Assembly (NCBI GenBank): GCA_964357635.1
Contig: CAYHLZ010000002.1
Location: 513-64,512, forward strand
Source: an uncultured Candidatus Saccharibacteria bacterium
GTDB lineage: Bacteria > Patescibacteriota > Minisyncoccia > Phycocordibacterales > Zambryskibacteraceae
Reading direction: 5' to 3'
DNA: 64,000 bases
The notes below the pieces were generated by a model. The model saw only the letters and a list, made by a program, of their open reading frames with translations, was not told the origin of the DNA and searched no databases. This document shows positions 8,516 through 18,290 of the stretch, piece by piece. Numbering within the stretch: the first letter of the stretch is position 1; each line of letters starts with the position of its first letter. The translations under genes and the position numbers were made by a program.

Positions 8516-9547
8516 ATGTCAAGTAAGGTAAATAAAGAAAAAAAAGTAGGGGAAGAGACTGGGTTTGCCTCATTTCTAGACAACGAGCTTCGCCCTTCTA
8601 ACTGGCAGGACTATATCGGTCAAAAAGCTGTTAAAGATAATTTAAAAATTTTAATACAAGCAGCCCAAGAGCGCGGAGTTCCTCCAGAACACGTCTTGTT
8701 TTATGGCCCTCCAGGACTTGGCAAGACCACTCTTGCCCACTTGGTAGCCAAAGAGACGGGACGAGCCATTAAGATCACTTCGGGTCCTGCCATAGAGCGC
8801 GTAGGAGACCTTGCCTCAATACTGACAAACCTTGCTTCTGGTGACATTCTTTTTATAGACGAGATTCACAGACTAAACAAAACTATTGAAGAAGTGCTCT
8901 ACCCCGCCATGGAGTCTGGAGTCTTGGATATTATTATCGGCAAAGGTCCGTCGGCTCGCACTATTCAGTTGGAGCTCCCGCCGTTTACCTTACTTGCAGC
9001 CACCACGCGGGTGGCGATGATTTCTTCCCCTTTACGAAGCCGTTTCTCGGGCGGTGTGTTTAGATTAGAGTTTTATAGCGAAGATGAGATTGCAGAAATC
9101 TTGCGCAGGTCAGCAAAAATTATTGGCGTCAAAATTGAAAATGACGCTGAAAAAGAAATTGCCAAGCGTTCTCGCTTTACTCCGCGCACTGCTAATTACT
9201 TTTTGAAGCGTGCCCGAGACTTCGCTCAAGTTGGCGGCAAGCCTCTTAACAAAGAGACGGTGGAACACGCATTGAAACTTTTAGGTATTGATGAAAAAGG
9301 GCTCTCGCCTTCTGACAGAAAACTTTTGGAAATCATTGCTGAGAAATTTTCTGGCGGACCCGTGGGACTTTCCACTTTAGCCGCAGCGCTCTCCGAAGAA
9401 GAAGCTACTGTTGAAGAATTTAACGAACCGTATCTTTTGCAACTTGGTCTTCTTGAGCGCACCGCACGAGGTCGAGCGCTTACCCTCCACGCTTACACCC
9501 ATCTTGGTAAAACACCGCCAAAGAATCTTCAAAACAAATTGCTATGA
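8516..9547 (+). CDS. ruvB: Holliday junction helicase RuvB
   Basis: LRP..DYIGQ, GPPGLGKTTLA, FIDEIHRL, TPRTAN, EPYLLQ.G.LERTARGR. Confidence 0.97.
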   Translation: MSSKVNKEKKVGEETGFASFLDNELRPSNWQDYIGQKAVKDNLKILIQAAQERGVPPEHVLFYGPPGLGKTTLAHLVAKETGRAIKITSGPAIERVGDLASILTNLASGDILFIDEIHRLNKTIEEVLYPAMESGVLDIIIGKGPSARTIQLELPPFTLLAATTRVAMISSPLRSRFSGGVFRLEFYSEDEIAEILRRSAKIIGVKIENDAEKEIAKRSRFTPRTANYFLKRARDFAQVGGKPLNKETVEHALKLLGIDEKGLSPSDRKLLEIIAEKFSGGPVGLSTLAAALSEEEATVEEFNEPYLLQLGLLERTARGRALTLHAYTHLGKTPPKNLQNKLL

Positions 9548-10074
9548 GTGGGCACAACAAGTGGTCAAAGATTAAAAACAAGAAAGCAGTAACAGATGCC
9601 GCCAAATCAAAGATTTTCTCAAAGATGGCGCGCCTTATTTCTGTTGCCTCCAAACAAGTTAAGGGTGATGTCTCGTCTCCTATTCTAAGAGCAGCTATAG
9701 ACAAGGCGCGAGAATACAACATGCCCGCTGACAACATTGAACGAGCGGTAAAAAAAGGTGCGGGTTCAGATGCCGAAGCGCTTGAGCAAATTACTTACGA
9801 AGCCTATGGACCAGGTGGTTCAGCTTTAATTATTGACGCCTTAACAACCAACAGAAACAAAGCTGCTCAAGAAGTTAAATTTATTTTATCTAAACGCGGG
9901 GTTGCTCTTGCCACACCCGGCTCTGTCACGTGGGCATTCGTTAAGGAAGCAGGTGCGTGGAAACCGACAACAACCATAGAAATTTCTGAAGAAGATGGGC
10001 AGGTTTTGGAAAAATTAATTGAAGAGCTTGAAGATAATGATGAAGTCCAAGATGTCTATACCAATGCGCTCTGA
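9544..10074 (+). CDS. yebC: YebC/PmpR-family protein (short form)
   Basis: MSGHNKWSKIK, MPADNIERA, YEAYGPGG, LEDNDEVQDVYTN. Confidence 0.93.
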   Translation: MSGHNKWSKIKNKKAVTDAAKSKIFSKMARLISVASKQVKGDVSSPILRAAIDKAREYNMPADNIERAVKKGAGSDAEALEQITYEAYGPGGSALIIDALTTNRNKAAQEVKFILSKRGVALATPGSVTWAFVKEAGAWKPTTTIEISEEDGQVLEKLIEELEDNDEVQDVYTNAL

Positions 10075-10555
10075 AATTGTTTTGGCAATTGACCCAGGTT
10101 TTGACCGAATTGGTGTGGCAGTACTGAAAACTGGCACAAATAATGTGGAGCTTCTTTTTTCAGAATGTTTGGAGACCAACCCGAAGGATAAAAGAGCCAA
10201 AAGACTTTTGGCTATAGGAGAAAGGGTAAAAAAAGTAATAAAAAAATGGAAACCAAGTGTTCTTGCAGTAGAGACTTTGTTTTTCAACACCAACACTACT
10301 AGCGCTATCGGGGTGGCAGAGGCAAGAGGTGTTGTTGTCTACGAGGGTACCCGGGCGGGCTTGGAGGTTTTTGAATATGGACCACAGGCGGTTAAGGTGG
10401 CAGTAACCGGCTACGGTAAGGCAGGTAAGGTTCAGATGGCAGATATGGTCAAAAGGCTTGTAAGACTACCTAAGCGGGGCGCCAAGAGGCTTGATGATGA
10501 GATGGACGCCATTGCCCTGGGGATTACTCATCTTGCAACAAAAAAGGGTATTTGA
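10064..10555 (+). CDS. ruvC: Holliday junction resolvase RuvC
   Basis: LAIDPG, AVETLFF, AEARGV, VTGYGKAGK, DDEMDAIA; start placed at ATG 10064. Confidence 0.95.
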   Translation: MRSEIVLAIDPGFDRIGVAVLKTGTNNVELLFSECLETNPKDKRAKRLLAIGERVKKVIKKWKPSVLAVETLFFNTNTTSAIGVAEARGVVVYEGTRAGLEVFEYGPQAVKVAVTGYGKAGKVQMADMVKRLVRLPKRGAKRLDDEMDAIALGITHLATKKGI

Positions 10556-10629
10556 TACAAATAGAGGCATTCAAAAATGCCCGTAAAAAAGCTCGAGCAT
10601 TTTTATTAGAAATAATTTAATTTTGAACC

Positions 10630-10797
10630 ATGTTAGAAGACGACATCATCAAGGATGAAGACGATGAACTTGATATAAAACTCCCCCCAGAGGTTGAAAA
10701 AGTTGGAGACGTGTTAGATGAGGAGCCGGAAAGTCTTGATGAGTTGGCAGAAGAGGAAGAAGAAGAGGAGCCGTTTGATGACGTTGACCCGATGTAG
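10630..10797 (+). CDS. 55-aa highly acidic microprotein (below ORF-track cutoff)
   Basis: MLEDDIIKDEDDELDIKLPPEVEKVGDVLDEEPESLDELAEEEEEEEPFDDVDPM*; about half D/E; terminator follows immediately. Confidence 0.7.
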   Translation: MLEDDIIKDEDDELDIKLPPEVEKVGDVLDEEPESLDELAEEEEEEEPFDDVDPM

Positions 10798-10798
10798 G

Positions 10799-10826
10799 AA
10801 AACCCACCGCCAAGCGGTGGGTTTTG
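10799..10826. terminator. Bidirectional intrinsic terminator
   Basis: AAAACCCACCGC-CAA-GCGGTGGGTTTT between convergent genes. Confidence 0.85.
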
Positions 10827-10827
10827 T

Positions 10828-12231
10828 TTAAGAGATTTCTATTTTTATAAATCGGTGCTTACCAATCTTTAATGTGTTGCCACTTTTAGAGACCTCCTCG
10901 TCTGGAGATTCTATTTGTTTTTCTGTTTCCAAGTCAGTAACTGCCCCATCCTTAACTAGTCTTCTCCACTCGGTTTTAGAACTAACAATGCCTTGCCTAA
11001 CAAGGAGGTCAGAAAGCTTGTCGCCAATAGCCCCGGAAATTTTTTCTATATCCTTGGGGGTACCTTTTTTTGAAAAAGTTTCAATAAAATCTTTTTCTGC
11101 TTCTTTGGCTTTATCTTCACCGTGATAGATAGAGACAATTTCGTGTGCCAAACGCATCTTAATATCTTTTGGGTTGTGCTTTGTTTCTCCGAGCTTCTTT
11201 TCTATTTCTTTGATTTCTCCAAGCGAGGTATATGTGGCGAGTTTGAAGTATGTGGCAATAGCAGTGTCTGGAATTGACATGGTTTTGCCAAACATTTCGC
11301 CCGGCATATCGGTTATGGCAATGTAGTTATCCAAACTTTTAGACATTTTCTCTTTTCCATCAAGCCCAGGAAGAATTTCAAGAGAAAGCACTGCTTGTGG
11401 TGAAACTTTGTTGGCCTTCATAACATCCCTACCCATAAGCATGTTGAAGGTTTGGTCTGTTCCGCCAATTTCTAAATCGCAGGAACCATAAATCTGTGAG
11501 AGGACAAAAGAATCAATGCCTTGAAAGACTGGGTAGAGCATTTCGTGCATATAAAGTTCCTGCCCAGCCTTTATCCGTTCCTGAAACAAATCTCTGTCTA
11601 TAAGATGCGCGTGAGTAATGTGTCTAAGTCCCCAAAGCACGTTTAAAAGCGTTATTACCGAGATGTGGTTCTTAAGTCCTAAGTCTCTCACCTGCATGCG
11701 TGTTTGCTCAAAAACAACAGCTTTGCCAATAAATGAATTTGGAGGTATTTTAATTTTCGTGGTTTTGTTGTCGACCGTAACATCCATATTAACTTCGTAG
11801 TTATCTGGAAGGTGGAGGTCAGTAATGCTCGTAAACCAGTCAGAGTTTCTAATCCAAGAAAACAAATGTTTGTCGGTACGCAGGATTTTGCCGACTTGGT
11901 CAATATAAGTTTTGGCATTCTTATCTACTTCGGCTTGTTCAATTTCTGGTCTGGTTTTGCTCTTACCAGACGGGTCGCCAATACGTGCGGTAAAATCCCC
12001 AACCAAAAAAACCACCTTACAACCAAGATCTTGAAGTTGACGTAATTTTCTTAATATAACAGCGTGGCCTAGATGAATATCTGGACGAGACGGGTCAACG
12101 CCAAGTTTAATAACAATATCTTTTGAGTACTCGCCCTTAGACTTCTTAAGCAGTTTTTCTTTAAAGGCGTCGTCTGGGTCTGTAAAGGAGCCAACGCCAC
12201 GAGAAAGTATTTCCTCCACCTCTTTGTTCAT
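10828..12231 (-). CDS. tyrS: Tyrosine--tRNA ligase
   Basis: GVDPSRPDIHLGH (HIGH), GDFTARIGDPSGK, GGTDQ.FN, KMSKS, C-terminal S4-like domain; start at ATG 12231. Confidence 0.95.
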   Translation of the reverse strand: MNKEVEEILSRGVGSFTDPDDAFKEKLLKKSKGEYSKDIVIKLGVDPSRPDIHLGHAVILRKLRQLQDLGCKVVFLVGDFTARIGDPSGKSKTRPEIEQAEVDKNAKTYIDQVGKILRTDKHLFSWIRNSDWFTSITDLHLPDNYEVNMDVTVDNKTTKIKIPPNSFIGKAVVFEQTRMQVRDLGLKNHISVITLLNVLWGLRHITHAHLIDRDLFQERIKAGQELYMHEMLYPVFQGIDSFVLSQIYGSCDLEIGGTDQTFNMLMGRDVMKANKVSPQAVLSLEILPGLDGKEKMSKSLDNYIAITDMPGEMFGKTMSIPDTAIATYFKLATYTSLGEIKEIEKKLGETKHNPKDIKMRLAHEIVSIYHGEDKAKEAEKDFIETFSKKGTPKDIEKISGAIGDKLSDLLVRQGIVSSKTEWRRLVKDGAVTDLETEKQIESPDEEVSKSGNTLKIGKHRFIKIEIS

Positions 12232-12295
12232 ACCAGTCAATTTAACACGTTCGGTCTAAAAGTTAAATGTGCTAAAATAGACTTTCTAGAGAAAA

Positions 12296-14359
12296 ATGAT
12301 TAGGAAACTCCGTCATTCAAACCGCTTTTTAGTTGTAGTGGCTCTCGGGCTATTTCTCTTGGGTATTCTTATTTTATGGGCAGCCTCATTTCGTATCCCG
12401 GCGCTTGAGGACATTTCTGAACGCAGGGTAGACCAGTCCATTAAGATTTATGACCGTACAGGTACAATTCTTCTTTATGATACGTCTCGTGATGTTAGGA
12501 GGGCCCTTATACCTCTTGAAGAGATATCTCCTTACGCAAGAGCTGCCGCGCTTGCTATAGAAGACAGAACCTTTTACTCACACAAAGGATTCCGACCAAC
12601 ATCGTTCCTTAGGGCTGTTCTTGTAAACGTAACCAGTCTTTCATTTAGTCAGGGTGGTTCCACCATCACCCAGCAAGTGGTAAAAAACTCAATTCTTACC
12701 AAAGACAAAACTCCCGCAAGAAAATTAAAGGAATTAATTTTGGCACTTAAACTAGAAAGAGTTCTAACTAAAGATGAAATTCTATCTCTTTATTTGAATG
12801 AGATTCCTTACGGAGGAACCATTTACGGTATAGAGGAGGCGGCAAAAAACTTTTTTGGAAAACCGGCGCTTGAGTTAACTTTGGCAGAGTCCGCATACTT
12901 GGCAGCTCTACCAAAGGCGCCAACGTATTACTCTCCATATGGATTGCATAGAGAAGATTTGGAGAAGAGAAAAAACTTGGTTCTCCAAGAAATGCTTGAG
13001 AATGGATTTATTTCTCAAGAAGAACACGAGGGTGCCTTAAAAGAAGAGGTAGTATTTTTACCCAGACAAAATACTGGAGGTATAAAGGCACCACATTTTG
13101 TTTTTTTTGTTATTGAAAAGTTGGCAGAGAAATATGGTGAGGACACCATTATGGGTAGTGGTTTTAAGGTAATTACTACCCTTGATTACTCTATCCAACA
13201 AGAGGCTGAAGCGGTGGCAAAGAAATATGGAGTCATAAATAAAGAACGCTTTAATGGTGAAAATAATGCGATCGTGGTCATAGATCCAAAAAACGGAGAC
13301 ATCCTTGCTATGACTGGTTCTAAAGATTACTTTGACAAAGAAATTGACGGTAACTTTAACGCTGCTCTAGGACACAGGCAACCTGGTTCAACATTTAAAC
13401 CTTTTGTGTATTCCGTTTTGTTTAACAAAGGCTACACCGACGAAACTGTTCTTTTTGATGCACCTGTTCAGTTTTCTCCAGACTGCGCTCCAGACAACTT
13501 TACAACAGACGATGTTTGCTACTCCCCCGTTAACTACGACGACCATTTTAGGGGCCCCCTAACTATTAGAGAAGCTTTGGCACAGTCAATAAACATTCCG
13601 GCCGTAGAGGCACTCTATTTGGCAGGAGTGAGAGATTCTGTTGATTTGGCTAAAAGCCTTGGGGTTGAAAGTCTTACTGCCCTAGAAGACTATGGTCTCT
13701 CGCTTGTTTTGGGTGGTGGAGCAGTCTCTCTTCTTGACATGGTCTCTGCTTACTCGGTTTTTGCAAATGATGGTGTCCGTAACCCGTACAATCCAATTCT
13801 TTGGGTTGAGGACACTGACGGTAACGTAATAGATAGAAACATTGTCTTTCCTAATAGAGTGCTTCCAGAACAAACAGCAAGAACAATTTCAAGCATTCTT
13901 TCTGACAACGAGGCTCGTACTCCTGCGTATGGAGCAAATTCAACTCTCTATGTTCCATCAAGAGACGTGGCGGTAAAAACCGGTACTTCTAACGACTATC
14001 GCGATGCTTGGATTGTTGGATATTCTCCTAATGTTGTTATTGGTGCGTGGGTTGGAAACAACGACAACTCCCAAATGGCAAAGAAGGTGGCTGGTCTCAT
14101 CGTCTCTCCAATGTGGCGAGAACTTATGGATAAGGTTCTACCGATGCTCCCAGTAGAGTCGTTTATAGACCCAGAAACAGAAGACTCATTGGAACTTAAG
14201 CCAGTTATGCGTGGTGATTTTAGTAGTAGTAATCACTCAATTCTTTACTGGGTGGACAAAAACGACCCAAGAGGAGAGGCGCCCGGAGAATCGTCAACTG
14301 ACTCACAGTTTAAAAATTGGGAATACAGTGTAAAACTCTGGAAAAACGCCCACCCTTAA
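12296..14359 (+). CDS. Class A penicillin-binding protein (transglycosylase/transpeptidase)
   Basis: EDRTFYSH, GGSTITQQVVKN, RKLKE, GSTFKP (SxxK), SIN (SxN), KTGT. Confidence 0.93.
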   Translation: MIRKLRHSNRFLVVVALGLFLLGILILWAASFRIPALEDISERRVDQSIKIYDRTGTILLYDTSRDVRRALIPLEEISPYARAAALAIEDRTFYSHKGFRPTSFLRAVLVNVTSLSFSQGGSTITQQVVKNSILTKDKTPARKLKELILALKLERVLTKDEILSLYLNEIPYGGTIYGIEEAAKNFFGKPALELTLAESAYLAALPKAPTYYSPYGLHREDLEKRKNLVLQEMLENGFISQEEHEGALKEEVVFLPRQNTGGIKAPHFVFFVIEKLAEKYGEDTIMGSGFKVITTLDYSIQQEAEAVAKKYGVINKERFNGENNAIVVIDPKNGDILAMTGSKDYFDKEIDGNFNAALGHRQPGSTFKPFVYSVLFNKGYTDETVLFDAPVQFSPDCAPDNFTTDDVCYSPVNYDDHFRGPLTIREALAQSINIPAVEALYLAGVRDSVDLAKSLGVESLTALEDYGLSLVLGGGAVSLLDMVSAYSVFANDGVRNPYNPILWVEDTDGNVIDRNIVFPNRVLPEQTARTISSILSDNEARTPAYGANSTLYVPSRDVAVKTGTSNDYRDAWIVGYSPNVVIGAWVGNNDNSQMAKKVAGLIVSPMWRELMDKVLPMLPVESFIDPETEDSLELKPVMRGDFSSSNHSILYWVDKNDPRGEAPGESSTDSQFKNWEYSVKLWKNAHP

Positions 14360-15459
14360 GACTGATTCATCGGCATAACTAAATAGAGAAAACTTGTGTC
14401 CCCAACCCCGCGGACAATAATTGGCTTGGCCTGACCACTAAAATCAAGTGAAATACTGTCTGTGGTAATAGACTGAAAGCAATCTGTAAAATATTTATGG
14501 TTTATGTTTATTGACAAGTCACTTCCCTCAAGAACGGCGTCAAGGTTGTGGGTGTTTTCTCCCACAGACGAATTTTTGGACTCAATTTCAAAGTTTTTAG
14601 CCTTGGGGGAAAGTTTAAATGAAAGTTGATTAAAGGTGTCAGAGAAGATTAAGCTTGTTTTAAGAGAGTTTATTAAATCCTGCTTTAATAAAACTGCTTT
14701 GGAGGTAATTTCTTTAGGAATAATTTGTTTATAGTCAGGAAAGTTTCCCTCCACAACCCTAGATGTTAAATAAATATTTTGAGAGCGTAGTGCCATCTGG
14801 TGTTCTTCTAAAGAAACCGAGATTTCTTCCTCACCTTTATCAAAAATCTTTATTATCTCCGTGGCGTTTTTCTGTGGAATAAGTATGTGTTTGAAGTTGG
14901 GAGCTTTTTTTACCCTTATTTTCTTCTCTGCTAGTCGGAAAGAGTCTGTTGCCGCGAAAACAAGAAACTCTCCATCATATTTTACAGAAACAGAAGCTAG
15001 TTCTGGTTTTATACTCCCTACAGCGGCAGCATAAACAACCGATCTTATACCAAAAATAAGGTCCCTTGCTGGTATTAAAAAGCTCTTATCCTCATCTATT
15101 TCTGGAATAACTGGAAAATCTTCTCCGGAGAGCGTTTTTATACTGGTTTTATTGGAAGATGTCTTTACCTCCAACACCTGACCTTTAGTGTTTATAGTAA
15201 TGCTCCTGTCTTTTGATAAGGAGGAGATAAAAGAGGTAATAACTTGGGCAGGAACAACAACAATACCTGGTTCCACAACTTTCACTGGAATACTAATAGA
15301 TATACCAAGATCTAGGTTTGTTGCTTTTATTGAAAGAGAGTTTGCTCTCGCGTCCAAATAAAGACCAGAGAGGACGGGTAGGGTGATGTTCTTACCAGCA
15401 ATTTTATTTGCCTTATTTAGAGCTTCTTCTAGTTGTTCTTTAATACATTCTATTTTCAT
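14356..15459 (-). CDS. dnaN: DNA polymerase III beta clamp
   Basis: ATNLD, ATDSFRLA, GNFPDYKQIIP, YLVMPM; downstream of dnaA; start at ATG 15459. Confidence 0.96.
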   Translation of the reverse strand: MKIECIKEQLEEALNKANKIAGKNITLPVLSGLYLDARANSLSIKATNLDLGISISIPVKVVEPGIVVVPAQVITSFISSLSKDRSITINTKGQVLEVKTSSNKTSIKTLSGEDFPVIPEIDEDKSFLIPARDLIFGIRSVVYAAAVGSIKPELASVSVKYDGEFLVFAATDSFRLAEKKIRVKKAPNFKHILIPQKNATEIIKIFDKGEEEISVSLEEHQMALRSQNIYLTSRVVEGNFPDYKQIIPKEITSKAVLLKQDLINSLKTSLIFSDTFNQLSFKLSPKAKNFEIESKNSSVGENTHNLDAVLEGSDLSININHKYFTDCFQSITTDSISLDFSGQAKPIIVRGVGDTSFLYLVMPMNQS

Positions 15460-15662
15460 ATATAAAAAATTATTAATACTATTAGGGGTGTGGATATGTG
15501 TACGTCCAAACAAAAGACCCAGCTAAGCCGTTTTTTATATTTTTACATTTATTAACATGAGGACTACTTGTTTGGTAACTTAACAATTTGTAAAATGACA
15601 CCAAACTACCCCCTCTTTCCAACACCTTGTTAACAGTTTTTTCTTTGTTTCTCCACATAGTT
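15460..15662. other. Replication origin oriC (dnaA-dnaN intergenic)
   Basis: On minus strand: DnaA box ATATCCACA (15497-15489) + CCC + trio repeats CTA ATA GTA TTA ATA + AT-rich tract, as in the B. subtilis unwinding module; further boxes TTATTAACA, TTTCCAACA, TTCTCCACA. Confidence 0.85.
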
Positions 15663-17009
15663 TTAAACAGTTAATAAGTTTCTAATCTGACCAACCTCTT
15701 CCAATAATGACTGGTCAACCTTAATGTCGCCTTTTATCTTTTCACACGAATGAATTACTGTGGTGTGGTCTCTACCGCCAAGCTTTTGTCCTATTGACGG
15801 GTAAGAAATATTAAAATCTTCTCGCAAGAGGTACATAACTATTTGTCTTGGTCTAATAACCTCTTTGTGTCTAGTTTTTTCATAAATACTATCCTCTTTA
15901 ATGTTATAGAAGTCAGAGACAATACGTACAACATCTTTAACTGCAATGGTTTTTTTAGGTTTAATGTTGTTTTTTATATAATTTCTAACATCAATCATTG
16001 TTATTTCCTTGTTTTTTAGCTGTGCGTGGCAGAGGAGAGTGTTGACGGCGCCCTCAAGGTCTCTAATGTTTCCATTTATAGTGTGAGCCAGGTAATCTAT
16101 TATCTCTGGAGAGAGGGGCACGCCCTGCTGTTTTGCTTTGGCGGAAATAATAGCAATTCTTGACTCTTTGTCTGGCGGAGGGATGTCAACCGTCATTCCC
16201 GCAGAAAGCCTTGATTTAAGCCTTTCTTCAAGCCCTGTAATGAAGTATGGGTGTTTATCAGAGGAAAATATAATCTGCTTATTACTATCATAAAGAGTGT
16301 TAAATAGGTGAAATAATTCTTCCTGAAACTTTTGTTTATCAGAGAAAAATTGAATGTCATCAACTATTAAAACGTCGTATTTTCTATATTTTTCTTTGAA
16401 AATAGTCATTTTCTGGTTTTGAAGAGCATTCATACAGTCCTGTCCGAACTGTTCAGATGTCATGTAATAAACCTTTTTATTCGGGTAAGTAGCCTTAATA
16501 TGGTTGCCTATTGCTTGTATTAGGTGTGTTTTACCGTGCCCAGTAGAACCATGTATGAAAAGTGGGTTGTAAGTAATACCAAGCTTTTTTATAACCGCTT
16601 GCGCTGCCGCATGAGCAAGCTCGTTGAATGGTCCGATAACAAAAGTTTCAAAAGTGTATCGCGGGTTTAGGTTGTCATCCTTGTTGACCTGGGTTTCTGG
16701 TAACGGAAGTTCTTTGGTATGTAGGTCTTGGGCCGTTTTTTCCTCCTTCCTTCTGGATTCCTCCTTGTTTACCACATACTCAATGGCGTGAATAGAGCCC
16801 TCTAGGCCACGAAGGCTTTTAAGAATAGTGTTGTGGTACTTAGTTAGAAGCCACTCCTTAACAAATGCGTTTGGCACCGAAAGGATCACTACTCCCCCAT
16901 CTTCCTTAACAATACGAGTGTCTTTAAACCAAGTTGTAAAGTTTGCACTGGAGATACTTAGCTCTATCTCCACTAAAACGCTTTGCCAGAGTTGCTTATA
17001 GTCAGTCAT
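15663..17009 (-). CDS. dnaA: Chromosomal replication initiator DnaA
   Basis: LNPRYTFETFV, YNPLFIHGSTGHGKTHL, DDIQF, GGRDHTTV. Confidence 0.98.
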   Translation of the reverse strand: MTDYKQLWQSVLVEIELSISSANFTTWFKDTRIVKEDGGVVILSVPNAFVKEWLLTKYHNTILKSLRGLEGSIHAIEYVVNKEESRRKEEKTAQDLHTKELPLPETQVNKDDNLNPRYTFETFVIGPFNELAHAAAQAVIKKLGITYNPLFIHGSTGHGKTHLIQAIGNHIKATYPNKKVYYMTSEQFGQDCMNALQNQKMTIFKEKYRKYDVLIVDDIQFFSDKQKFQEELFHLFNTLYDSNKQIIFSSDKHPYFITGLEERLKSRLSAGMTVDIPPPDKESRIAIISAKAKQQGVPLSPEIIDYLAHTINGNIRDLEGAVNTLLCHAQLKNKEITMIDVRNYIKNNIKPKKTIAVKDVVRIVSDFYNIKEDSIYEKTRHKEVIRPRQIVMYLLREDFNISYPSIGQKLGGRDHTTVIHSCEKIKGDIKVDQSLLEEVGQIRNLLTV

Positions 17010-17054
17010 GAAGGTTTGTTGCTACAATAGTATATCTTTTAGCAATTTAATAAG

Positions 17055-17108
17055 AACTTGTTAAAGTCGTAAAAAATGTTTATAATGTGTTTATAACTTG
17101 TTAATAAG
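17055..17108. promoter_or_regulatory. DnaA-box-like cluster in the dnaA/rpmH divergent promoter region
   Basis: TGTTTATAA twice and TGTTAATAA (reverse complements of TTATAAACA/TTATTAACA). Confidence 0.55.
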
Positions 17109-17110
17109 AA

Positions 17111-17245
17111 ATGTCCACAACATATAAACCAAAAAGACGCAAACGAGCAAAAACTCACGGTTTTCTCTCAAGACAAAAAACTTCTACAGGAAGAAGAACC
17201 ATTAGAAACAGACGAAGAAAGGGACGAGCACGTCTCGCGGTTTAA
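17111..17245 (+). CDS. rpmH: 50S ribosomal protein L34 (below ORF-track cutoff)
   Basis: [44 protein letters not shown]. Confidence 0.97.
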   Translation: MSTTYKPKRRKRAKTHGFLSRQKTSTGRRTIRNRRRKGRARLAV

Positions 17246-17246
17246 A

Positions 17247-17564
17247 ATGATTTCTAAAAACAGGAGGATTCCCAGATTACTTTTTAAACCCCTTCTTGAA
17301 TCAAAACGATATTTCAATTCACAAAATTTTTCTCTACGAGTAGCACAGGGAAAAGTGGCTAAAGTTGCCGTGTCTGTTTCTAAAAAAGTTTCTAAGCGAG
17401 CAGTTGTCCGCAACAGAATTCGTCGACGAACATATTCAGCCATTCGCAAGCTTTTACCCAATCTTTCTAACAATCTTTTTTTACTGATTGCTAAACCGAG
17501 GGCTGAAAATGTTCGGGGCGAGAAGCTTAAGAACGAACTCGCCGAACTCTTTAAAAAAGTATAG
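17247..17564 (+). CDS. rnpA: Ribonuclease P protein component
   Basis: VSVSKKVSKRAVVRNRIRRR motif; synteny with rpmH. Confidence 0.93.
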   Translation: MISKNRRIPRLLFKPLLESKRYFNSQNFSLRVAQGKVAKVAVSVSKKVSKRAVVRNRIRRRTYSAIRKLLPNLSNNLFLLIAKPRAENVRGEKLKNELAELFKKV

Positions 17565-17573
17565 AATTAACCG

Positions 17574-18290
17574 ATGTCTTCTTTCTACCACACGGTTTTC
17601 TTTGACCCACTATACAACGGGTTAGTTGTTTTGTTTAAGATTTTACCTTGGGCTGATGCTGGTATTATTGTTATTCTTCTAACTGTTCTGGTTCGTATTA
17701 TTATTTTTCCTCTTTCCAAAAAGGCTATACTTACTCAAGTTAAAATGGCTGAGATTAGCCCGGAACTAGCAAAAATTAAGGAGAAATATAAAGACAAAAC
17801 AGAAGAGCAGGCAAGACAAACCCTCGCTCTTTACAAGGAAAAAGGGGTTAACCCATTTTCTGGAATATTTGTCATTATTATTCAGATTCCTATTATCTTT
17901 GCGTTGTATCAAATCTTTCTTCATCTTCCTGAGGTTAATCCGACTTTTCTATACTCGTTTGTTACTGCGCCAGATTATATCAACACCACCTTTCTTGGGG
18001 TTCTAGACATCACAGCAAAAAGTTTTGCTATTGCAGCTCTGGCAGCAGTTTCAACATTTTTTCAGTTTAAAATTTCTATGAAAGGACAAACCCCGCCAAC
18101 AGGTAACTCCTTCGGCAACAACTTGGCCCGAAGTATGCAGACTCAGATGAAATACTTTTTCCCAGTAATAGTTTTCTTTGTTTCTTATAATATCTCTGGG
18201 GTAATTGCTCTCTACTGGCTTACTACAAATCTTTTTAGTATCGGACAAGAACTTTTTGTTCGTAAGAAAATTAGAGCTCCTCAAGCCTGA
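17574..18290 (+). CDS. yidC: Membrane protein insertase YidC/Oxa1
   Basis: LYKEKGVNPFSG, IQIPIIFALY, LYWLTTNLFSIGQE. Confidence 0.93.
   Translation: MSSFYHTVFFDPLYNGLVVLFKILPWADAGIIVILLTVLVRIIIFPLSKKAILTQVKMAEISPELAKIKEKYKDKTEEQARQTLALYKEKGVNPFSGIFVIIIQIPIIFALYQIFLHLPEVNPTFLYSFVTAPDYINTTFLGVLDITAKSFAIAALAAVSTFFQFKISMKGQTPPTGNSFGNNLARSMQTQMKYFFPVIVFFVSYNISGVIALYWLTTNLFSIGQELFVRKKIRAPQA

Noticed and set aside
11640-11830. Intein in tyrS
   Set aside because: Too short and lacks the terminal His-Asn plus Cys/Ser/Thr splice motifs.
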